From a virus, in IMG/VR virus record IMGVR_UViG_3300042867_001113: a DNA stretch of 64,000 bases; one strand, 5' to 3'. The notes beneath the pieces were generated by a model. The model saw nothing but the letters and a program-made list of their open reading frames with translations. It had not been told where the DNA came from and did no database searches. Shown one piece after another: positions 1 to 8,100 of the stretch; within the stretch, counting starts at the first letter, position 1; every line of letters starts with the position of its first letter. Both the position numbers and the translations under genes were made by a program.

Positions 1-1
1 T

Positions 2-196
2 TTCCGGCTCAAGCAAGCCGAGGCGAAGAAGCAAGCTGCTGCAGGGAGCTTGTTCATCGAGCTTGCAGAGGCGGTCTCGGACCTCGAAGACCAGAAAGAC
101 CATCTCACGACCGCAGCCTCCTGCTTCGCTCGGGCGAAGCGGCTGTGCCGGGACGTGATCCGCCAGAAACCGGAGCCCACATGTCCAACCGAGTGA
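2..196 (+). CDS. 3' end of hypothetical protein (5' truncated by window)
   Basis: Open frame from position 2 (FRLKQAEAKK...) to TGA at 194-196, overlapping the next start. Confidence 0.6.
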   Translation, partial: FRLKQAEAKKQAAAGSLFIELAEAVSDLEDQKDHLTTAASCFARAKRLCRDVIRQKPEPTCPTE

Positions 197-408
197 CCTC
201 GTTCGTCGTGACCCTCAAACATGACCTGAAGGAAGAGGACGCTCGCAAGTTTGCCGAGGCGATCTCCCTCTTCGACGGGGTGCTGAGCGTCGAGCCAGTG
301 GAGGCCGACTTCTTCACCGAGCAAGCGACAATCGCCCGCGTGCGTGGGCGGGTCTACGAGGCGCTGGCCGAGGCTTTCGACCCGAAGAAGTCCCAGAAGA
401 ACGGCTGA
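181..408 (+). CDS. hypothetical protein
   Basis: ATG at 181 with GGAG upstream; coding-like composition. Confidence 0.7.
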   Translation: MSNRVTSFVVTLKHDLKEEDARKFAEAISLFDGVLSVEPVEADFFTEQATIARVRGRVYEALAEAFDPKKSQKNG

Positions 409-464
409 TTGGCCTGTTACACCCCGAAGAACCCGACGAATCGGGCTCTGAAAGACGGTGCATC

Positions 465-803
465 ATGGGCATTGAAGACGACATCCGCGAGTTGCGGTCG
501 AAAGTCGAAGAGCTGGCCTTCCTGTTCTTGTCGACGTTGAGCGACCAGCAGATCGCCACAAGCGGAATGAGCACCGAGCGTCTGAAAGACGTCATCTCGG
601 ATCGTGCGGGGACCAGCTCTTTCCGGCTGGATCCTCAGTGGTCCGAGCACGGCACCTTCTTGGTGGCATCCGGCGTTCGCGGCTGGGGTAAGGGCCAATC
701 CACCGATGTGCGCCCCGTGCCTCAGTCGGTGGTCGACTACTGCGCGAAGCTGGAAGCCTTCGGATTGAAGATCAAGATCGAGAACCCGGAGCCTCCAAAG
801 TGA
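465..803 (+). CDS. hypothetical protein
   Basis: ORF whose stop overlaps the deaminase start (GTGA). Confidence 0.7.
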   Translation: MGIEDDIRELRSKVEELAFLFLSTLSDQQIATSGMSTERLKDVISDRAGTSSFRLDPQWSEHGTFLVASGVRGWGKGQSTDVRPVPQSVVDYCAKLEAFGLKIKIENPEPPK

Positions 804-1495
804 CCAGACCTTCGTGGGACCAATACTTCATGAGCATCGCGCACACCGTCGCAACGCGCTCACCGTGTGTGAAGCGACAGGTGGGCGCGGTGCTCGTCTC
901 CGAGGACAAAGCGCTGCTCGCCACGGGCTACAACGGACCGCCTCGTGGTGCGCCTCACAGGGACGACAAGACCTGCGTCCGCATCGGCATCCCCAGCGGA
1001 ACACAAGCCGACGTTGTCTGCTGCGCTCACGCGGAGAGCAACGCCATCGCCCAAGCTGCCCGCCACGGCGTGCCTGTGAAGGGGAGCACCCTTTACGTCA
1101 CCACGAGTCCGTGCGCGTGGTGCGCGAGAGGAATCGTCAACGCTGGCGTGGTCCGTGTGGTGCGCGAGGGCGCGTACAACGACTCCATCGCCGCAGGGGT
1201 GTTCGCTGAGAGCGGTGTTCCTGTTGAGGAGCTTCCTGCTGTGCCGGTGTCGCCTGAGCTTCAAAAGCTCGCCGCCTGCATGAGTCTTCCAGCGGGTTCG
1301 GGGATGGCTGAGATCAGTGTTGAGATTCAGCGCCTGCAGCGCTGCTCCCAAGCGATCGACGCGGTCGTCGAATCACGACCGGAAGCATGCGGCAGGCACT
1401 GCGGAAAGTCTTCATGTGAAGACCCGTGCGTCTTGCCTCGCGGCCACACGGGTTGGTGTACGTGCCGAACCTCAGTGGATCCTTTCGATGCTTAG
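800..1495 (+). CDS. dCMP deaminase family protein with Cys-rich C-terminal extension
   Basis: RPSWDQYFM start, RSPC..RQVGAVLV, GYNG, HAE and PCxxC zinc-binding motifs. Confidence 0.93.
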   Translation: MTRPSWDQYFMSIAHTVATRSPCVKRQVGAVLVSEDKALLATGYNGPPRGAPHRDDKTCVRIGIPSGTQADVVCCAHAESNAIAQAARHGVPVKGSTLYVTTSPCAWCARGIVNAGVVRVVREGAYNDSIAAGVFAESGVPVEELPAVPVSPELQKLAACMSLPAGSGMAEISVEIQRLQRCSQAIDAVVESRPEACGRHCGKSSCEDPCVLPRGHTGWCTCRTSVDPFDA

Positions 1496-1721
1496 GAAAG
1501 CGAAAGTCGACAAGGATACTTGGGAGGACTTCATCGTGGACGTCACCTCGCGGGCGGGGACTTGGCCCTGCTGCGGGTTGTGTGGGAACACGGGGGTGCT
1601 CGCCATCAGCGGGAGGCTCACCCCGGCAGGTATCAGCGTTCCTCCTGTCAGAGGTCACTGCATCTGCCCCAACGGTCGCGCGACCAAGTTCATCGATGAC
1701 AAGCTCAAGAAGGATCCATGA
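1488..1721 (+). CDS. small zinc-finger protein
   Basis: CGLC...CxC motif; overlaps both neighbours; ATG at 1488. Confidence 0.65.
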   Translation: MLRKAKVDKDTWEDFIVDVTSRAGTWPCCGLCGNTGVLAISGRLTPAGISVPPVRGHCICPNGRATKFIDDKLKKDP

Positions 1722-2119
1722 CTCTCCTCGTCTACATCGCAGGCCCGTACCGCGCTCCCACGACGTGGGAGATTCAAAAGAACATCCACAACGCGCGTCT
1801 GTGGGGCGTCATCGTCGCGAAGGCTGGGGCCTACCCGATGATCCCGCACAGCAACACCGCGCACTTCGACGGGGCGGTTGAAGGGGACGCCTTCTGGCTG
1901 AACGGGACGCTGGAGATGATGCGTCGGTGCGACGGGGTCGTCCTCATCGAAGGGTGGGATCGGTCGACCGGCGCCATCGAAGAGCGTCGGCAGGCGGAGC
2001 AGCTGGGAATCCCCTGTCTCGAAGTAGACTGGTGGTCGAACCGAGGAGGATCAGCCATCCATGACGACGTCTCGGACTGGATCAAGACCCTGAAGCCGAG
2101 GTCCACCCATGCCGTCTGA
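1718..2119 (+). CDS. DUF4406 / nucleoside 2-deoxyribosyltransferase-like protein
   Basis: VYIAGPY start, MRRCDGVVL and GWDRSTGAxxE motifs. Confidence 0.8.
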   Translation: MTLLVYIAGPYRAPTTWEIQKNIHNARLWGVIVAKAGAYPMIPHSNTAHFDGAVEGDAFWLNGTLEMMRRCDGVVLIEGWDRSTGAIEERRQAEQLGIPCLEVDWWSNRGGSAIHDDVSDWIKTLKPRSTHAV

Positions 2120-2546
2120 AAAAGAACTTGAAGAGCGGGATATCCTCGAACGGAACATCGACAACATCAAGTTTAGCCTCAGCGAGATCGATCACCACAC
2201 AAACGACCTCGACGGCACGGTGTTCACCGTCCAGTCCTCGAAGGGTGCCACGACTCGCGCGGCTTTGATCCAGAGGGAGTCCAACAACATCCTCCAAACC
2301 TTGGGGAAAATCTGGGGAAACGCCACGTCGAGCAGCAAGCCGGAGACACCGAGCGAGGAAGCCCTCAAGAAAGCCCTCAAGCTCGCGCGGGAGTGGCTCA
2401 CCGAGTACGCGCCGACCGAGCATGACCTCCGGTGCCAGCGTCTGAGGGACGCGAACACCCTTGAATGTCGCTGCACAATCGACGCCTACCGCGACGACGT
2501 GAAGGTCATCGACGCGGCTCTGGGTTGGAAGGGAGAGGAGTCTTGA
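2109..2546 (+). CDS. hypothetical protein
   Basis: ORF within a run of overlapping genes. Confidence 0.7.
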   Translation: MPSEKELEERDILERNIDNIKFSLSEIDHHTNDLDGTVFTVQSSKGATTRAALIQRESNNILQTLGKIWGNATSSSKPETPSEEALKKALKLAREWLTEYAPTEHDLRCQRLRDANTLECRCTIDAYRDDVKVIDAALGWKGEES

Positions 2547-2851
2547 CAACACAAGCCGACCGACTCGCCGCAGCAGGCTTCTACCTCCGGACACACACTG
2601 GCGCGATCCAGAGCTGGATCGACAGCAGCGTCGACGAAGAGGACCGGGTGGACGAGGACATCAAAGCCCTATCGGTCTTGCTGGCCGAGGTCCGGGCATC
2701 CGGGGCGGCGGCGGAGCGAAAACTACACCCGAAGCCCGAAGCTGCGGTCGTCACACTCATCGAGACGATCGACGACCTACACAAGAAACTGATCGTAGCG
2801 CAGGAAGAGATCACCGCTCTGAAGCTCGTTCCAGTTACTTCCCAGTCATGA
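2543..2851 (+). CDS. hypothetical protein
   Basis: TTG start after GAGGAG, overlapping the previous stop. Confidence 0.6.
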   Translation: MTTQADRLAAAGFYLRTHTGAIQSWIDSSVDEEDRVDEDIKALSVLLAEVRASGAAAERKLHPKPEAAVVTLIETIDDLHKKLIVAQEEITALKLVPVTSQS

Positions 2852-3180
2852 CCAAGAAGCTCTACATCGTGACGGTTAGCTACGAGTATGCCTGTTTGGC
2901 AGAAGACGAGTATGAAGCTGCTGACTTCAGGGAAGAGGCCCTCCACGACGAGGGAGACCCGACCACGCACGCGAGGTTGGCAGTCACGGGCCCGGTTCCC
3001 TATCGCCCTCGTGGATGGACCAACGACACGCTCATCTACGGGGCAGACAGCGATCTCCGTCTGGACGACGCCATCGCAGCGGAGAAGACCCGGGTTGAAC
3101 AAGAAAACCGCGATGCGGAATTATCGAAACGCCAACTGTGGTTGTCTGTAGACACCTCCAAAGACGAAGACCTGAAATGA
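2848..3180 (+). CDS. hypothetical protein
   Basis: ATGA overlap; GTTAC 9 nt upstream. Confidence 0.75.
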   Translation: MTKKLYIVTVSYEYACLAEDEYEAADFREEALHDEGDPTTHARLAVTGPVPYRPRGWTNDTLIYGADSDLRLDDAIAAEKTRVEQENRDAELSKRQLWLSVDTSKDEDLK

Positions 3181-3416
3181 TCAACCAGAAGTACCGCTTC
3201 CGAGTTCGTCTTTTTGAGAGGTGCGGGCGCCCTGAGAAGTGCGGTCTGTGCGGCTTGCTCGTCACACCCGACAGTCCGGTCGGGCTTCTTCCCGTCGCAT
3301 TGGACGAGGATGACGCTCGTATTGCACGAGCGCAGGTCGCTCATTGGGAGTGCATCGTGAACCCCAAGAACGCAGACCTGCTGGAGAGGCTGGAGGTTGA
3401 AATTGTCCTCGACTGA
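3177..3416 (+). CDS. small zinc-binding protein
   Basis: CGLC...HWEC; ATGA overlap. Confidence 0.6.
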   Translation: MINQKYRFRVRLFERCGRPEKCGLCGLLVTPDSPVGLLPVALDEDDARIARAQVAHWECIVNPKNADLLERLEVEIVLD

Positions 3417-3636
3417 GATTGAGATATTGAAGAAGCACTTCGACGACTGTCAGAGGGACTTCGACGCTTTGAGTGTTGAGTTGGAACGCCGCAACGATGC
3501 GCTGCGCGCCATCGCCGCTCATCTCAGTCTCGCCGACGACACGCCGATGCAGGTTCTTGTTGATACTGCCCTGAAGATGATCGAGCTGGGCCTGCAGAAA
3601 CACTTGGACGACAACTCGCCGCCCGACCGTGGCTGA
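3397..3636 (+). CDS. hypothetical coiled-coil protein
   Basis: ORF after GGAGG; helical composition. Confidence 0.6.
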   Translation: MKLSSTEIEILKKHFDDCQRDFDALSVELERRNDALRAIAAHLSLADDTPMQVLVDTALKMIELGLQKHLDDNSPPDRG

Positions 3637-3684
3637 CGGAGCCTCTGTGACGTACCCCTACCCATCAATGGCGACCGAACCACC

Positions 3685-3851
3685 CAGCTCATCGGCAAGC
3701 GCCTTTGCAGGGTGCCCCCGAACGACAAAGAGAGAGGCTGCCCTCTCCCTTGTCATCGCTCTCAGCCGAGCCGGGATCATCGCCGGGATGGTTTTCGGAC
3801 ACGTAGCCGGTCGTGAGGCCAGCTACGCTTCCGAACCAACTATCCGAGCTG
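3685..3851 (+). ncRNA. candidate structured RNA
   Basis: Nested stem TTCGGA/CGTAGC/GGTC-GTGA-GGCC/GCTACG/TCCGAA (3794-3835), hairpin 3724-3754, possible closing pair CAGCTC/GAGCTG. Confidence 0.35.
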
Positions 3852-4634
3852 CCCCTTGAGGTGAGCCTTCTTGATGGCCGCGCGCCCCTCCAGAAGCATC
3901 TCACGGACTTCCTTCTCGCCCATACCGAGGTTGAGACCGTCCGCCTTGGTGTCGAGCATGATGACCTTGGCCCAGTTGGCGTCCTCGATGTGCTCGCGGT
4001 CTTGCGCTGCCAGCATGTTGCTGATGGTGCCCTCTGCGCGATCGATCTTCGTGAACGGCGGCTTGCGCGGCTTCGCTTCGTTGGGGCTGCGGACCTTGAG
4101 GCCCAACACGGGAACATCGTCGTAGGGATTTGCCCAGCCCTCGTAGTCAAGCGCAAAGTTCATGCGGACGCCGCCATCCTCGTAGAGGTCGCCGTCGATC
4201 TCAGCCATGTCGAAGATCGGGAGACACATGCTCGCGAACAGCCGGATGGGGAGGTCGCCCGACGTCCAGACCTTCGACTCCCCCTTCGTCCAGTTTGTTG
4301 TGACGATGTGCAGCTTTGAGTGACCGTCTTCGACTTTCGGGTGGAGGTGCTTCTTGAAGACCTTGAGCAGCCCTTCCTTCGTGTAGAGCCCCGCCTGACC
4401 TCCGAACGGAAACCAGTTCTTCGTAAGGAACGTGCTGGGGAGGAGGGTCAGCGCCAGCGACTCCAGCTCCGCGCTGGTCTTGAACTTCGCTGCAGCAGCA
4501 GCTGTGATCGCGCCACCTGACGCCCCGACCATCTCGGGGAACGTGAACCCCAAGTCCAGCAACTCGCAGACCGCGCCGATCTGAACCGGGTACCGCGTTC
4601 CAGACCCTGACAAGACGAGCTTGAGACGCTTCAC
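3840..4634 (-). CDS. patatin-like phospholipase
   Basis: LVLSGSGTR oxyanion loop, GASGG nucleophile elbow, DGG catalytic Asp; GTG start after GGAGG. Confidence 0.92.
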   Translation of the reverse strand: MKRLKLVLSGSGTRYPVQIGAVCELLDLGFTFPEMVGASGGAITAAAAAKFKTSAELESLALTLLPSTFLTKNWFPFGGQAGLYTKEGLLKVFKKHLHPKVEDGHSKLHIVTTNWTKGESKVWTSGDLPIRLFASMCLPIFDMAEIDGDLYEDGGVRMNFALDYEGWANPYDDVPVLGLKVRSPNEAKPRKPPFTKIDRAEGTISNMLAAQDREHIEDANWAKVIMLDTKADGLNLGMGEKEVREMLLEGRAAIKKAHLKGQLG

Positions 4635-4737
4635 TTGAACCTCCGTTGAAAGACAAGGCACCTTATGTGCCCTGCCGAAAGTTGGCGAGAGGCTTTGGTT
4701 TTCGTGTTACGTCCCGCCCGGAGTAGGGAATCCGCAC

Positions 4738-4950
4738 ATGCTTGAGGTCTGGAATCATATAGTTGAGTGGTGGTGGCTGCGGAAGACGTCGCGCTGCGCT
4801 CGGTGCAAGTACGACGCGCCGCGCCGCATACTTGAGCGCAGGGACAGCTTTGTCGTCGACTGTATGGGCTGCGACATCTCCGGATGCCTTGGAGTCACGC
4901 CCGCAGATGCGGTCCAGAAGTGGAACACTGAGAATCGAGGCCCTCGATGA
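4738..4950 (+). CDS. small zinc-ribbon protein
   Basis: CARC...CMGC and terminal AVQKWN, reminiscent of Lar-like proteins. Confidence 0.55.
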   Translation: MLEVWNHIVEWWWLRKTSRCARCKYDAPRRILERRDSFVVDCMGCDISGCLGVTPADAVQKWNTENRGPR

Positions 4951-5417
4951 GCGGCGGAAGCTGGGGCTACCTTTACCGGAACATCAACGATGCGGCCTTT
5001 GCGCTGCAAAGAGGCGCGGCGACCGAACGAGACTACGCGCTCGATCTGAACGATGAGCAGCGCGAGAAGCGCCGGAAGCTGGGTGAGCTTCTGGAGAAGG
5101 TCGCGCACGCTCTCCACGAGATTGAGTGGGTCGACAGCTGCGACTCTTCGTTCCCATCCGACACGCAGGCCATCGACGCCGTGTTCGCGAGCCTTGGGCG
5201 CGTTCCCAAGATAGAACTGCGGCATGACGATAAAGGTCTTCTGGACGAGGTGGTTGCCCACGAGGCGACGATTCACATGGAGGACATGGGTTCCTCGTGG
5301 TCGATCCTCATTGACGCGGGCGAAGATCACCTCAGTCTGTCGTTCGGAGGTCGCCTCAAAAGACCCCTTGTCATCGATCAGTCAGGATCTGTGATTTCCA
5401 CTCACCCCAAACGCTAG
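4947..5417 (+). CDS. hypothetical phage protein
   Basis: MSGGSWGYLY start and HEIEWVDSCD motif; ATGA overlap. Confidence 0.75.
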   Translation: MSGGSWGYLYRNINDAAFALQRGAATERDYALDLNDEQREKRRKLGELLEKVAHALHEIEWVDSCDSSFPSDTQAIDAVFASLGRVPKIELRHDDKGLLDEVVAHEATIHMEDMGSSWSILIDAGEDHLSLSFGGRLKRPLVIDQSGSVISTHPKR

Positions 5418-5430
5418 CCCCGAGAACTGC

Positions 5431-5736
5431 ATGTCTGTTCAGAACGCTGTCATCACCCTCGCCCACGAAGCCATCGACAAGCTCGTGGCCCAGCTACAAG
5501 CCGACGCGCATCAGCACAGTTTTCAGCTGGATGCCCTCCAGATTATGAACCGCGAACTCACCGCCATGAACGAGAAGCTGCGCATGGCCAATGCCGAGCT
5601 GCAAGCAGAGTCGGCTCGACTGCAAGCAGAGATCGAGACGCGTGCTGCCACCACTGATCCAGCCGTCAAGGCCCCGCGAAAGCAGAGAGCGCCCAAGGCG
5701 CCCCCGGATCCCGTAGTCGACGCTGACCAGCCCTGA
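5431..5736 (+). CDS. coiled-coil protein
   Basis: Heptad-rich central region. Confidence 0.7.
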   Translation: MSVQNAVITLAHEAIDKLVAQLQADAHQHSFQLDALQIMNRELTAMNEKLRMANAELQAESARLQAEIETRAATTDPAVKAPRKQRAPKAPPDPVVDADQP

Positions 5737-5737
5737 G

Positions 5738-5947
5738 TCAGCGCGAGCGCAGGAGCTTGATCGCCGTCAGCACCTCGTCGAGGGTGACGTGCGACGAGCC
5801 CAGCAGGCTCTCGTCTCCGAGCCAGAAGTCGACCTCGACGTCCTTCGGCGACGAAGCTTCGAGGTTGACGGATTCGGTGACCCGACTGCCGCTGCTCAAG
5901 CGCTGGAAGGTGACAGTGAGATCGGGGTCGGTCTTTTCAGTGGTCAT
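5738..5947 (-). CDS. hypothetical protein
   Basis: ATG at 5947 overlapping the upstream gene. Confidence 0.55.
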   Translation of the reverse strand: MTTEKTDPDLTVTFQRLSSGSRVTESVNLEASSPKDVEVDFWLGDESLLGSSHVTLDEVLTAIKLLRSR

Positions 5948-6323
5948 TGAGGACTCGTTTCTTGGTGGTGGTGGTGCGAGCGAGCTTCTGTTCAGCGCCG
6001 AACATGACGCTCCAGATCTCGCCGTAGAGGTGAGCACGATCGTAGCCCTGCACCTTGCCAACCATCGTCTTGAAGTTCGAGTAGTCGACGTCTTCGGACA
6101 TCAGCGCAGCGACCTTCGCCCACTGCTTCTTCCCGACGAAGATGCGGTAGGGGTAGTCGGAGTGTTTCTCGATAACGACGTCGGGCATGTCTGGGAAGTA
6201 GAGCTGGTGCAGGCTCTCGAAGTCAGCGAGGACGCGGGTCCGGACACACACCTCGCCGACGCCTCGGCCTTGGGACTTTTTATCGACGACGCTGAAGAAT
6301 CCTGCACGGGTGAAGAGCCACAT
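5937..6323 (-). CDS. conserved hypothetical phage protein
   Basis: MWLFTxxGFFSVV start, DYPYR and DYSNFK motifs. Confidence 0.8.
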   Translation of the reverse strand: MWLFTRAGFFSVVDKKSQGRGVGEVCVRTRVLADFESLHQLYFPDMPDVVIEKHSDYPYRIFVGKKQWAKVAALMSEDVDYSNFKTMVGKVQGYDRAHLYGEIWSVMFGAEQKLARTTTTKKRVLNDH

Positions 6324-6433
6324 TTCTCGATCCTGCCTTCTGCCTCTCGGCGGTACCGCAAGCGTGCGGTAGACGAGATGTAACTCACGTTTTGGAAGTT
6401 TCAGATCCGCTCAATTGAACTCAGAGGTCTGAC

Positions 6434-6661
6434 TTGCTTGAACTGCGCGCGGTGGCTTTTCTGGATGGCGGCGAGGTTGCGTTTGTCGAAGAGACCGACG
6501 CGGATGCATTTGGGCTCTACCTCGTCGAGGGTGATGCGCTTGGATGGATCGCGGATTTTGCGGACTACGGCTGGGCTCTAAAGTTTTCCGCACAGTATGC
6601 AGAGGAGTTGAACATCGACTTGGTTGACCGCGTGCGGGCCCTGATCTCCCAGCTGGTGTGA
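6434..6661 (+). CDS. hypothetical protein
   Basis: TTG start after GAGG; WIADF motif. Confidence 0.55.
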   Translation: MLELRAVAFLDGGEVAFVEETDADAFGLYLVEGDALGWIADFADYGWALKFSAQYAEELNIDLVDRVRALISQLV

Positions 6662-6800
6662 TCGCTCGAAAGTGATCAGACGGGACCATACGGTCCTGAA
6701 AAAAGGTCGCAGATCTGCCCGTTTTCGAGAGAAGCCGGATCCGGTTTTGTGGCTTCGTAAAGCCGTTTTTTCACGGTCACCATGGCACTGAACGCAAGTG

Positions 6801-6828
6801 TTGACTCCGGCTCGGATCGCGTTATGAT
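6801..6828 (+). promoter_or_regulatory. sigma-70-like promoter
   Basis: TTGACT-N16-TATGAT upstream of the sigma-like gene. Confidence 0.7.
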
Positions 6829-6882
6829 GGGCGAAGAAAGTCCGGGCACCCGATGGATCGGGTCCACGCGACGGAGGCAGCC

Positions 6883-7530
6883 ATGACGACCCAGAAGACC
6901 CGCGCCGAACACCAGACCCCCAAGTTCGGCATCACCTACAACGACGCGATGAAAGAGGCGATGACGATCGCTGCCCGCGCCGCGCGTCGCCACCACAAGT
7001 GGGTGTCCTGCGGGAGCGACAAGGACGACCTGCTCGCAGCCGCCTACGAGGGAATCCTCCTCGCTTGGAAGGCGTGGAAGGGCCCCGAAGTGGTCTCGTG
7101 GTCGTTTGCCGCGTGGACCTATGCGGAGCTGTACGCTCGCCGCGAGGGGAACCGCCGCAAGTCCGTCGTGAGCACGGGCAGCGGCAGCTACTCGCTGCAC
7201 AAGGGCCGTCAGGCGGTCCGTGACGACGCCCTGCTGATGCAGAACGAGGACGGGGCTTGGGTCGACGCTGACCTCAAGGACGAACGCCCGCTTCCCTCCC
7301 AGCAAGTCGAGATGATGGAGACCCTCCGAGTGATCGGGGTCGCCCTCCGCGAAGCGATCCCCACTTGCGCGGGAGAGCAAGTCGCCCTCGCCCAAGACGT
7401 GATCACCCAACGTATTCTGATCGACGTTGCCCAGAGCGCGGCCAGCATCGCTGACAAGCACGGGGTGAGCAGTGCGACGGTCTACAAGGTTGAGACCGCG
7501 CTGCGCGGGGCCTTGCAGGCTGCTCTCTGA
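6883..7530 (+). CDS. divergent sigma-70-family sigma factor
   Basis: Region-2-like DDLLAAAYEGILLAWKAW...SFAAWTYA and C-terminal HTH SIADKHGVSSATVYKVE; GGAGG before ATG 6883. Confidence 0.7.
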   Translation: MTTQKTRAEHQTPKFGITYNDAMKEAMTIAARAARRHHKWVSCGSDKDDLLAAAYEGILLAWKAWKGPEVVSWSFAAWTYAELYARREGNRRKSVVSTGSGSYSLHKGRQAVRDDALLMQNEDGAWVDADLKDERPLPSQQVEMMETLRVIGVALREAIPTCAGEQVALAQDVITQRILIDVAQSAASIADKHGVSSATVYKVETALRGALQAAL

Positions 7531-7537
7531 ACGACAG

Positions 7538-7564
7538 CGGATCCGGGTGAAAAACCCGGATCCG
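7538..7564. repeat. 11-bp inverted repeat (terminator or operator)
   Basis: CGGATCCGGGT-GAAAA-ACCCGGATCCG just after the sigma gene stop. Confidence 0.7.
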
Positions 7565-7615
7565 AGTTACTCAACCCTCAGAGCGGGATGGTTCCCGCCT
7601 ACACAGGAGACGCAG

Positions 7616-7903
7616 ATGAACAAGAACAATACCGTCCGTCGCACCCTCATCCAGAACGTCGTCGCCCCCTCGATTCATGGCGCACTTGCTGCGGTCCCCG
7701 GGCTCGACCTCAACCGCGAAGAGGATCGACGCCGCACGATGCGCGCGACGGTCCACACCGTCGCCGGTCTCCTGCTGGAGAAGGGAGCCAACCCCAACGA
7801 GCTTCTGCAAGCCTGCATCGAGGCGATCTCGAAGGAGATGGAATCGCTGCAGGCGCAGCACGAGGGTGACGGCACCTTCCCACAGGCTGGAGCCAACGCC
7901 TGA
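7616..7903 (+). CDS. hypothetical protein
   Basis: AGGAG then ATG at 7616. Confidence 0.75.
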   Translation: MNKNNTVRRTLIQNVVAPSIHGALAAVPGLDLNREEDRRRTMRATVHTVAGLLLEKGANPNELLQACIEAISKEMESLQAQHEGDGTFPQAGANA

Positions 7904-8034
7904 GCCGCACCTCCGTTGACCTTGAAGGACGGGGGTGACAGCCTGCTTCCGTGCAGCCCAAGCAACTGCTCGTGAACCCCGCACCTGCGATTCTGTAGGG
8001 GCGGGGTTCGGCCTTTGTGGGGAACGCCGCAAAT

Positions 8035-8070
8035 GAAAGACCCCGGACCATACGGTGCCGGGGTCTTTTC
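8035..8070. terminator. intrinsic terminator between convergent genes
   Basis: GAAAGACCCCGG...CCGGGGTCTTTTC hairpin. Confidence 0.75.
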
Positions 8071-8100
8071 AATTCCGCGCAGCTCGGGGCTTTAGAAAAC

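Noticed and set aside
3840-4634. Patatin as part of a CBASS operon
   Set aside because: No CD-NTase or ancillary cap genes are adjacent
6833-6850. GAAGAAAGTCCGGGCACC resembles the RNase P RNA conserved region I
   Set aside because: It has one mismatch, no matching 3' conserved region is visible, and a good ORF starts 33 nt later
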